64,000 nucleotides of DNA from PVC group bacterium (GTDB taxonomy: Bacteria; Verrucomicrobiota; Kiritimatiellia; PWTM01): positions 18,385 to 82,384 of the forward strand of contig PWTM01000309.1 in the NCBI GenBank assembly GCA_003563855.1, given 5' to 3'. The notes under the pieces are model-generated. The model was not told the origin of the DNA, did no database searches, and worked only from the letters and a program-made list of their open reading frames with translations. Positions 45,166 through 52,785 of the stretch are shown here, piece after piece. A program made the position numbers and the translations under genes. Positions within the stretch are counted from its first letter, which is position 1, and every line of letters begins with the position of its first letter.

Positions 45166-46430
45166 GGGCCGCCCTCCACCGCCCGGCCCGCCCACGCCCG
45201 ACGCGGCCTGCGGGCCGGGCGGTAGGTGCCGTCGGCGACTTCCTTGCCGATGACCTTCATGAAAAGGCGCCCCATCTTCACTTCCTTCGTCAGGTCGCGG
45301 TAGAAGGCGCTCCAGGCGTACTCGTACATCTCCTGGAGCTTTTCGGGGCTCATCTGCGCGGGCTGGAAGACCACCGTGTCGCCCGTGTACTCGATCCAGC
45401 GGTTGTGCAGGATGCGGCCCTGCGCCTCGAGCTGCGCGCGGATCGGCGTGTGCGGGAACGGCGTGAGCACCGTGAACTCCGCGAGGTCGAGCTCGATCTC
45501 GAGGAGGAAGTCCACGAGCCGCCGGATGCCGTCCTCGTCGTGGTCGTCGGTGCCGAGAATGATCGTGCCCTCCACGCCGATCCCGTGGTCCTTGAGGCGG
45601 CGGATGCGGCGGCGGATGTAATCGGACGTGTCGACGATCGCCTGGTAGACATACCAGCAGCCGGCCTTCGCCGCGAGGTCGAGGATTTCGTCGTCGTCCT
45701 TGATCGGGTGCGAGACCCACTTCTTCTTCAGCGGCGCCAGCGCACGGAACAGGTCCTTCTCCCAGGCGTCGTCCTGGGCCAGCGAGTTGTCGACGAAGAA
45801 GAGTCGGTTGTTGTCGATGCCCGCCACTTCCTCGACCACCCGGTCAATCGGCCGCGGGCGGAATCGGCGCCCGCCGAGAAACGGCGTGCAGCAGGGGAAG
45901 CAGTTGAACCGGCAGCCGCGCGAGGCGTGCACGAGGTCCACCATCTGCAGCCCACGGAAGGCGTACCGGTCGCGCTCCAGGATGCCCCGGCGCGCGGTCC
46001 CGATGAGGGCCGCGTCGGGGAAGTCGGTCAGGTAGTCGTAGCGCGGCCGCAGCCGGCCGGCGCGGAAGTCCTCGAGCACGCCCTCGAACCGGCCTTCCGC
46101 CTCGCCCAGGAAGACGGCGTCGGCATGGCGCGCGGCCTCGTCGGCATGGAGCATCGTGCCGATACCGCCGAGGATCACAGGCACGCCGCGCGCGCGGTAG
46201 CCGTCGGCGATCTCGAAGGCCCGCGGCATCTGGCAGGTAAGCATGACGGAGAGCGCGACCAGGTCGGGCGTGTCCTCGAGGTCGAGCGGCTGCACGTTCT
46301 CGTCGCAGAACGTCAGCCCGACGCCGTCCGGCACCGTCGCCGCGAAACAGACGGGGCCGTGCGGCGGAAGGTGAAACTCCGGCTGGTTCTTGAGCTTCGG
46401 CCAACGGGGATAGACCAGCTTCAGGTGCAT
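45162..46430 (-). CDS. B12-binding-domain radical SAM protein
   Basis: KLVYPRWPKL..Q.EFHLPPHGP, DENV, VILGGI, GEAEG, SRGCRFNCFPC, FVDNS, TPFPHTP. Confidence 0.88.
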   Translation of the reverse strand: MHLKLVYPRWPKLKNQPEFHLPPHGPVCFAATVPDGVGLTFCDENVQPLDLEDTPDLVALSVMLTCQMPRAFEIADGYRARGVPVILGGIGTMLHADEAARHADAVFLGEAEGRFEGVLEDFRAGRLRPRYDYLTDFPDAALIGTARRGILERDRYAFRGLQMVDLVHASRGCRFNCFPCCTPFLGGRRFRPRPIDRVVEEVAGIDNNRLFFVDNSLAQDDAWEKDLFRALAPLKKKWVSHPIKDDDEILDLAAKAGCWYVYQAIVDTSDYIRRRIRRLKDHGIGVEGTIILGTDDHDEDGIRRLVDFLLEIELDLAEFTVLTPFPHTPIRAQLEAQGRILHNRWIEYTGDTVVFQPAQMSPEKLQEMYEYAWSAFYRDLTKEVKMGRLFMKVIGKEVADGTYRPARRPRRAWAGRAVEGGP

Positions 46431-47122
46431 GCGGCCCCTCCTTCCGGTGCGGCGCGGCCGAGCGCGCGGGCGGCGGCCCGCGGCGCGCGGCTTCGACCGA
46501 TCCGTTTGATCGCCGTCTCGAGCGGCCAGCCGTCCGAACCCGCGCCCGGCCCGACCAGGAACGCGAGCGCGCCGCGCGCGTCGAAATCCACGGCGAGCAG
46601 CGCCTCGGCCGCGTCGCAGGCGATCAGTTCTCCCGCCATCCGCAGCAGTTCGGCCGGCCGCGGCGCCGGGAGCCCGGCGAAGAGCAGCGGACCGCGCAGC
46701 CCGCAGTGGATCGAAGCTTCGGCCAGCGGGCTGCTCGGAAGCGTATAGACGAAAAGGTTGCCCCGCGCCAGCGTGCGGCCGGCCGCGACGTAGTCCTCGA
46801 AGTAGGCGCGGTTCGCCCGCAGGCTGCCGTCCGGGCCGGTTCCGAGCAGCCCGATGCCAAGGGTCCCGCCTTCGGCGTAGTCGAACCCCGCATCGCGCAG
46901 CGCCAGGGCGCAGGCCGCGCAGACGCGGCGCGCGTCCCCGTCCATCCGGCCGTAGTTGCGGACCGGGTAGGCGAACGGCCCGCCGTGCGCCCGGGTGGCG
47001 CCGGCTCCCTCGCCCGCCGCGGGCGGCGGCGACGCGCGCAGACCCCGGCGCGCGCCCCCTGCGCGCGCCGGCTCGACCCAGCCGGCGCCCCGCACCACGA
47101 GCTGGCATCCGGCCCCGCTCAT
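46421..47122 (-). CDS. Beta-ketoacyl synthase N-terminal-like / chain-length-factor-like protein
   Basis: YGRMD...R, GNLFVYTLPSS...EASIHCGLRGP; no catalytic Cys-His-His set; follows the full KS gene. Confidence 0.7.
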   Translation of the reverse strand: MSGAGCQLVVRGAGWVEPARAGGARRGLRASPPPAAGEGAGATRAHGGPFAYPVRNYGRMDGDARRVCAACALALRDAGFDYAEGGTLGIGLLGTGPDGSLRANRAYFEDYVAAGRTLARGNLFVYTLPSSPLAEASIHCGLRGPLLFAGLPAPRPAELLRMAGELIACDAAEALLAVDFDARGALAFLVGPGAGSDGWPLETAIKRIGRSRAPRAAARALGRAAPEGGAACT

Positions 47123-48237
47123 GGCCCGAGCACCAGCGCGGCGTTCACGCCGCCGAATCCCGAGTTCGTGGACAGCGCCAGCCGACCGGGCGGGAGCGGC
47201 ACGGGCTCCGGCGCAACCCAGCCCGCCGCCTCGGGCGCCGCGGTCCGCAGCCCGGCCGTAGCCGGCGCGACACCCGCCTTCATCGCGGTCAGCGCCACCG
47301 CCGCCTCAACCAGGCCGGCCGCCCCCATCGTGTGGCCGATCGCGCCCTTGACCGAGTAGACGGGCGCGGGGCGCGCGAAGACCCGGCCGAAGGCGCGCAT
47401 CTCCATGGCATCGTTGTACGGCGTGCCCGTCCCGTGCGCGCAGATCGAGCCGACCGCCTCCGGCCCCGCCGACGCCCGGCGCAGCGCCGCCTCGATCGCG
47501 CACGCCAGTCCGTCGCCGTCGCGCGACGGACCGGTCATGTGGTTGGCATCCGACGCAAGGCCCCACCCCGCCACCGTGCCGAGACGCGGGCGGCCCTCGC
47601 GTGCCGCCCGGTCCTCGCGCAGGAGGACCGCGACACCGGCCGCCTCCCCGACCGTGAGCCCGCGCCGGTCCCGGTCAAACGGTCGCGCGCCGTCCGGATC
47701 CAGCGCCATCAGGGCGGAGAACCCGGCGTGGACGAACTCGGTCACCGCGTCGCAGGCCACGACCACGACGGCCTCGCGCCGGCCGGTCTCGATCAGGCCC
47801 GCGCCCAGCGCGAGCGCGGTCGACGAGGAGGCGCAGGCAGCCGAGACGAGCCGCCCGGCGCGCACGCCGCAGAGCCGCTTCACCCGGGCCAGCAGCCGGT
47901 CCGGCCGGCTCGCCTCCGGGTCGCCTTGCCCGAGCAGCACGTGCCGTTCGAGCCGGTCGACCTCGCCCGCCGTCGTCGCCAGCAGCAGGAGCGCATCGGC
48001 CGGGATCGCCGGGCGCAGCCGCGCCAGGAGCGGACGCAGGAGCTGCATCGCCAGCGAATCGCGCGCGCGCGGGTTCAGCCCGGCCGCCGTCGCCGCCAGC
48101 CGCGAGGCGAGGTGGCCGGCCGGGAAGCGGGTCAGCTCGGAAAAAGCCCGCCGCCCGTCCCGGATGGCGGGCCAGGCTTCCGCGAGGCCCGCACCGCAGG
48201 CGGTCGCAGCGTCGAAGGCAACGACGACCGCCTTCAT
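47119..48237 (-). CDS. Beta-ketoacyl-ACP synthase (FabF-like)
   Basis: SAACASS (catalytic Cys), RPFD..R.G..GEAA, AHGTGT..ND..E, KGAIGHTMGAAG, NSGFGG.N. Confidence 0.92.
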   Translation of the reverse strand: MKAVVVAFDAATACGAGLAEAWPAIRDGRRAFSELTRFPAGHLASRLAATAAGLNPRARDSLAMQLLRPLLARLRPAIPADALLLLATTAGEVDRLERHVLLGQGDPEASRPDRLLARVKRLCGVRAGRLVSAACASSSTALALGAGLIETGRREAVVVVACDAVTEFVHAGFSALMALDPDGARPFDRDRRGLTVGEAAGVAVLLREDRAAREGRPRLGTVAGWGLASDANHMTGPSRDGDGLACAIEAALRRASAGPEAVGSICAHGTGTPYNDAMEMRAFGRVFARPAPVYSVKGAIGHTMGAAGLVEAAVALTAMKAGVAPATAGLRTAAPEAAGWVAPEPVPLPPGRLALSTNSGFGGVNAALVLGP

Positions 48238-48722
48238 GCCTGGAGCGCCGCGAATTCGCCGGCCCGCCAGCGTTTCCGGCACCGGGCCAGCAGCGGGGGC
48301 GGCGTGAGGCAGACCTCGCCGCTGGCGGCCGAGACCAGCAGTTGCACGGTCTGCCCGGCGGCCGTGGGCACGCCGTCCGCCGCGGTCAACGTGTATTCGA
48401 AATTGAGCCGCGCGCCCTCGCACCAGATCAGCGCGCAGCGAATCGTGAACGCCTCGTCGAGCCGAAGCGGCCGGAAATACTCGACGTGGTAGCGCACGAC
48501 CGGCGCCCGCAGTCCGGCCTCGTAGTAGTCCGCGTAGGACAGCCCGCAGCGGCGACCGAGCTCCGCCGCGCCTTCCTCGAAAAACACCGCGTAGCGCCCG
48601 AACCAGGCGATCCCCATCGGGTCCGCCTCGCCGAACCCGACGCGGCGCGGGAGTTCCACCGCCAGCGGGGCCGGGGCGCCCGGCTCGCGCGGGAAACGTG
48701 CGGAGCGCGCGCGCGGGCTCAC
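48234..48722 (-). CDS. Acyl-CoA/acyl-ACP thioesterase (4HBT/YbgC hotdog family)
   Basis: RVGFGEADPMGIAWFGRY..FFE; GTG start overlaps upstream stop. Confidence 0.85.
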   Translation of the reverse strand: MSPRARSARFPREPGAPAPLAVELPRRVGFGEADPMGIAWFGRYAVFFEEGAAELGRRCGLSYADYYEAGLRAPVVRYHVEYFRPLRLDEAFTIRCALIWCEGARLNFEYTLTAADGVPTAAGQTVQLLVSAASGEVCLTPPPLLARCRKRWRAGEFAALQA

Positions 48723-49108
48723 GGAGCGGCGTCTCCGGCGGACGCGGACACCGCCAGGCGCAGGTCCGCCACGCGCTCCCCGGCGAGCGTCACGCGCACA
48801 CGAAGCGGGGTCGGCCCGGCGCCGTTCGGACCGGGCTCGACGGAGAAATCGAGGACCTCCCCGGCCGACACCGGCCGGTACCACTTCGCCGAGGCGATCT
48901 CCGAGAGTTCACCGGTCCCGCACCCGGCGGCTTCGGCGAGGATCAGCGCCGCACGGATCATGCAGACCCCGGGCAGCACGGGTTGCCCGTCGAAGTGGCC
49001 GCGGAACCCGACGAACCCGGACGGGAAGATGAACCGTCCGCGCACCGCGCCCCCTTCCCGCGCCGTTTCGCGCAGGCACGCCCTGATCTCGCCGTCGAGT
49101 CCGCTCAT
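48719..49108 (-). CDS. FabA/FabZ-like (ApeI-type) hotdog dehydratase
   Basis: F.GHFDGQPVLPGVC motif; start ATG 49108. Confidence 0.82.
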   Translation of the reverse strand: MSGLDGEIRACLRETAREGGAVRGRFIFPSGFVGFRGHFDGQPVLPGVCMIRAALILAEAAGCGTGELSEIASAKWYRPVSAGEVLDFSVEPGPNGAGPTPLRVRVTLAGERVADLRLAVSASAGDAAP

Positions 49109-49217
49109 CGAATGCTGCCCCGCGTCCAGCGACCCTCGCCCTGCGCCGCGCGGGCAGCCACGGCGCCGGCCGGGACTCCCCGAGGCAAGTCGCCGGCGCA
49201 GGTAGGAACGCCGATTC

Positions 49218-49246
49218 AACATCGCAGAACGGCCCCGCGCTGTCAA
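49218..49246 (-). promoter_or_regulatory. Putative promoter of the lipid cluster
   Basis: TTGACA-N17-GATGTT with TGn extension; about 100-nt leader. Confidence 0.4.
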
Positions 49247-49330
49247 ACAGCGGCCATCGGGCCCCGATCGCGCGCGGGCTTGCGCGGCGGACGGCGGGCC
49301 TTGTAGTCTCGCGGGCGGAGGTACTTGCCG

Positions 49331-50788
49331 ATGAATGAGACCCCTGCCCAGCCGCCACCGGCCCAGCCGCCACCTGCCCAGCCGCCACCGGTTCCCCCCG
49401 TCAGCTCGGAAGCACGCGCGGCCGCCCGCTGGATTTCCGGCCGGCCGCGCCCGGTGCTGAAGCTCCTCACCATCGGCGGCCTCATCCTGGTCCTGCTGAT
49501 CCCCCTGCAGATGATCCGCGGAGTGCTGACCGAGCGACTCGTCCGCCGGAACGAGGCGGTCGCCGAAATCACGGGAACCTGGGGCGGCGACCAGACGGTG
49601 ATCGGGCCGGTGCTGATGGTGCCGTACCGGTACCCGGTCAAGACGGTGCGCGACCAGACCGTGGACGGGCGCGTCCAGCGGGTCGAGGTCGAGGAAATGG
49701 GCCTGGCGCAGGCCTTCTTCCTTCCGGACCGCGTCGAGATCGCCGGCGATCTCGACCCGCGCGTATTGCACCGCGGCATCTACCGGGCGGTCGTCTACCG
49801 CGGCCGGCTGACGATCGAAGGCGCCTTTGCACGGCCCTCGTTCGAGGACTGGCGGGTTCCGCCCGAGAACGTGCTCTGGGAGGACGCCGCCGTCGGGTTC
49901 GCGATCACGGACCTGCGCGGGGTCGAGGACGCGCTTCAGCTCGACTGGAACGGCCGCGCGGTGCCGCTCGAGCCCGGCAGCCTGGTCCCGGGCTTCAACG
50001 TCGGCGTGACGGCCCGGCTGCGCGAAACGGAGGCGCTGGAGGCCGACGATCTCCCGTTCGCGCTGACCCTGGCGCTCAACGGCAGCAACGGCATCCGGTT
50101 CGCGCCGGTCGGCGCGCGGAATACCGCGCGGTTGACCTCGTCCTGGCCGGACCCGAGCTTCCAGGGCCAGTTCCTGCCCGCCGACCGGACGGTTGGCCCG
50201 GAGGGCTTCGAGGCGCAGTGGGCGCTCTCCTATTACGGGCGCGCCTACCCGCAGCAGTGGACGGTGACGCCGGGCGCCGGCGCGCGCCCGCCGGCGCTGG
50301 GCTCGGCGCTCTTCGGCGTCGACCTCCGGATGCTGGTGGACCAGTACCGGAACGTCGAACGCGCGATCAAGTACGGGATTCTCTTCCTCGTGCTCGTCTT
50401 CACGGGGTTCTTCCTTTTCGAGACCCTCGGCGTGGCACGCGTCCACCCGTTCCAGTATGCGCTGGTGGGGGCGGCGTTGTGCCTCTTCTACCTCGCGTTG
50501 CTGTCCCTCTCGGAGTTCATCCGCTTCGGCGCCGCATACCTGGTCGGCGCCGCGGCGGCCACCGCGATGATCTCGCTCTATTGTGCGAGCGTCCTGCGCG
50601 GGGGCCGGCGCGCGGCGATCGTGGCGGTGGAACTGGCGGCGATTTACGGCTTCCTGTTCGTGCTCCTGCAGCTCCAGGACTACGCGCTGCTGATCGGGAC
50701 CGCGGGCCTCTTCGCCGCGCTCGGCGCCGTCATGTACCTGACGCGCAACGTGAACTGGTACGAGCAGCGGCCCGCGTCCGGCGGGTAG
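49331..50788 (+). CDS. creD: Inner membrane protein CreD
   Basis: LLIPL..I..V..ER...WG..QT..GP.L, SSWP.PSF.G.FLP, YR..ERA.KYG.LF, HP.QY.LVG, LLSLSE; N-terminal 15-bp repeat (PAQPP)x3. Confidence 0.92.
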   Translation: MNETPAQPPPAQPPPAQPPPVPPVSSEARAAARWISGRPRPVLKLLTIGGLILVLLIPLQMIRGVLTERLVRRNEAVAEITGTWGGDQTVIGPVLMVPYRYPVKTVRDQTVDGRVQRVEVEEMGLAQAFFLPDRVEIAGDLDPRVLHRGIYRAVVYRGRLTIEGAFARPSFEDWRVPPENVLWEDAAVGFAITDLRGVEDALQLDWNGRAVPLEPGSLVPGFNVGVTARLRETEALEADDLPFALTLALNGSNGIRFAPVGARNTARLTSSWPDPSFQGQFLPADRTVGPEGFEAQWALSYYGRAYPQQWTVTPGAGARPPALGSALFGVDLRMLVDQYRNVERAIKYGILFLVLVFTGFFLFETLGVARVHPFQYALVGAALCLFYLALLSLSEFIRFGAAYLVGAAAATAMISLYCASVLRGGRRAAIVAVELAAIYGFLFVLLQLQDYALLIGTAGLFAALGAVMYLTRNVNWYEQRPASGG

Positions 50789-50822
50789 CGTCGGCCGTGG
50801 CGGCGCCGGTTGCGCGGCCGGG

Positions 50823-51728
50823 CTAGAGGTGTGTCATGAAGCTGACGCCGGCATCGACGACATAGACGCGGTGCCGTCCGCCGGGCCCGCCGTCCGGATC
50901 CGACGTGACCACGTAGCCCTCGCGCCGCAGCGTCTCCACCCAGGTTTCAATCAGGCGCCGCCGCCGCGGTTCGTCTTCGATCGCCTCGAGCTGCGCGCGC
51001 AGCTCCCGCGCCTGCGACATCAGCTCCCCGCGCCGCGCGTTCGCCTGGCTGCGCTCCTCCCGAATCCGGGCGCGCTCGGCCGCGATCTCCTCGCCCGTCA
51101 TCTCCCGTTGCGCGGTCCCGACGACCGCCGTCGTGGAGAACGCGTCCCCCCGCAGGACCAGGCGCCAGGTTCCATCCGGCCGCTCCGTCGCTTCGGCGAA
51201 GTGCCCCTCCCCGCGGAGCTCCTGCACGAACTGGTCGACGAGCGACGCCGCGCGCGCCCGGTTCGACCCCACGGCGTCGACGCGTTCGCGCAGCTCGGCG
51301 ACCCGCCGGCGGATCTCCGCGAACTGTGCCCGGCGCGCCCGCATGCGCTCCGCAAACGCGGCGCGTGGCGAAGGCGGCTCCTCCGCCGGAGGCGCGACCC
51401 CGCGCTCCGGCATGCCGTGCAGCGGAAGCACCGCCACCTCCCCGGCGTGGCGCAGGGTGGCCCGTTCCCGCTCGAAGTCGGCCCCCACCAGCTCGATGCC
51501 CCGAAGGGTCTCGCCGGAACGCAGAAAGAAGGCCTGGCCGGATTCCACGTCGAACAGGCCCACGCGCGACTCGAGGCCCACGGCGACGATCGAGGTCAGG
51601 CGCAGGTTCCGGGCAAACGCCGGCGGCTCGTCGTTCGCCGCAACGGTTGCAGCAGCGATCAGGAACCCGGCCGCCGCCGAGAACCGTCCCACGCGCCCTC
51701 TCCCCATCCGTACCCACGCAGTCCTCAT
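50823..51728 (-). CDS. Hypothetical exported protein with internal duplicated ~60-aa module
   Basis: Signal-like FSAAAGFLIAAATVAA; two similar ELR...L...V..LR.EG segments; start uncertain (51728 or 51707). Confidence 0.65.
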   Translation of the reverse strand: MRTAWVRMGRGRVGRFSAAAGFLIAAATVAANDEPPAFARNLRLTSIVAVGLESRVGLFDVESGQAFFLRSGETLRGIELVGADFERERATLRHAGEVAVLPLHGMPERGVAPPAEEPPSPRAAFAERMRARRAQFAEIRRRVAELRERVDAVGSNRARAASLVDQFVQELRGEGHFAEATERPDGTWRLVLRGDAFSTTAVVGTAQREMTGEEIAAERARIREERSQANARRGELMSQARELRAQLEAIEDEPRRRRLIETWVETLRREGYVVTSDPDGGPGGRHRVYVVDAGVSFMTHL

Positions 51729-51864
51729 ACCCCACGTATCCCACGCCATCGAAGCCCCTGTCAAGCCGACAAGCCGACGCCTTGACGGCGGGCGGCGGGC
51801 AGGGCGAGACTCGGGCATCGCGGCCGATGCACGGGTACCGGCCGCCCAACCGGAGGGATGAACC

Positions 51865-52560
51865 GTGGCGCCCGACTTCACCCTGGCTGAGATCGCCGGC
51901 ATGATCGATCACTCGATGCTCGCGCCGACGATGACGATGGACGTTCTGGAGAAGGGCTGCGCGCTGGCCGCACGCGCGCAGGTGGCGAGCGTCTGCCTCA
52001 TGCCCTACTACCTGCGACGCTGCGCGGAACAGCTCAAGGGCACCCCGGTGCGCCCCACCACCACCATCGGGTTTCCCCACGGCGGGCAGGCGTCGGCGAC
52101 AAAGGCGGCCGAGACCCGCCAGGCGATCGACGACGGGGCGGCGGAGGTCGACATGGTGATCAACATCAGCCGCGCGTTGAGCGGCGACTGGGACGGCGTC
52201 CGGGAAGACATCGCCGCCGTGATCGAACCCGCGCACACCGCCGGCGTGAAGGTGAAGGTCATCTTCGAGACCTGCTACCTCGACCGCGCGCAGAAGATCC
52301 GGCTCTGCGAAATCTGCGGCGAGCTCGGCGCCGACTGGGTCAAGACCTCGACCGGGTTCGGCACGGGCGGCGCGACGCTGGAGGACCTCGAGCTGATGCG
52401 CGCACACGCCCCGCCGGCCGTCCAGGTCAAGGCCTCCGGCGGCATCCGCGACCTCGACACGATCCTGGCCATGCGCGCCCTCGGTGTCACCCGCGTCGGC
52501 TGCTCGCGCACGGCCGAGGTCCTCGACGAGTGCCGCCGCCGGCTTTCGCAGAAGACCTGA
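51865..52560 (+). CDS. deoC: Deoxyribose-phosphate aldolase
   Basis: IDHS.L.P, IGFPHG, EVDMVIN, KVIFET, VKTSTGF, VKASGGIR. Confidence 0.96.
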   Translation: MAPDFTLAEIAGMIDHSMLAPTMTMDVLEKGCALAARAQVASVCLMPYYLRRCAEQLKGTPVRPTTTIGFPHGGQASATKAAETRQAIDDGAAEVDMVINISRALSGDWDGVREDIAAVIEPAHTAGVKVKVIFETCYLDRAQKIRLCEICGELGADWVKTSTGFGTGGATLEDLELMRAHAPPAVQVKASGGIRDLDTILAMRALGVTRVGCSRTAEVLDECRRRLSQKT

Positions 52561-52641
52561 GCGGCGACGCGTCTCCGCTCTGCCCCGCCGCGTCGCGACA
52601 CGGCGGAAAGCGAAAGCGGCCTCGCGAGGCCGCACTCCAAA
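52561..52641. repeat. REP/REPIN-like element (left end eroded), related to 59872-59959
   Basis: gcggcgac...ccgccgcgtcgcgac...ggcctcgcgaggccgcactccaa. Confidence 0.75.
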
Positions 52642-52785
52642 GGCGCGCGCGGCGCGCGCCCGCCGATCTCGCGCCGCGCCGGCGCCTTGCCGCGCCTTGA
52701 AACGCGCGGGGCGCTCGCGTAGGGTGCGGAGGTCGCCGCGCCCGGGTTCGGGCCGGCGCGGCCCTGGTCGGGGCGGGAGGTCCGG

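Noticed and set aside
49109..49217. Cobalamin riboswitch upstream of the B12-radical SAM cluster
   Set aside because: No recognisable B12-box or conserved core in the ~100-nt leader; an Rfam scan would be decisive.
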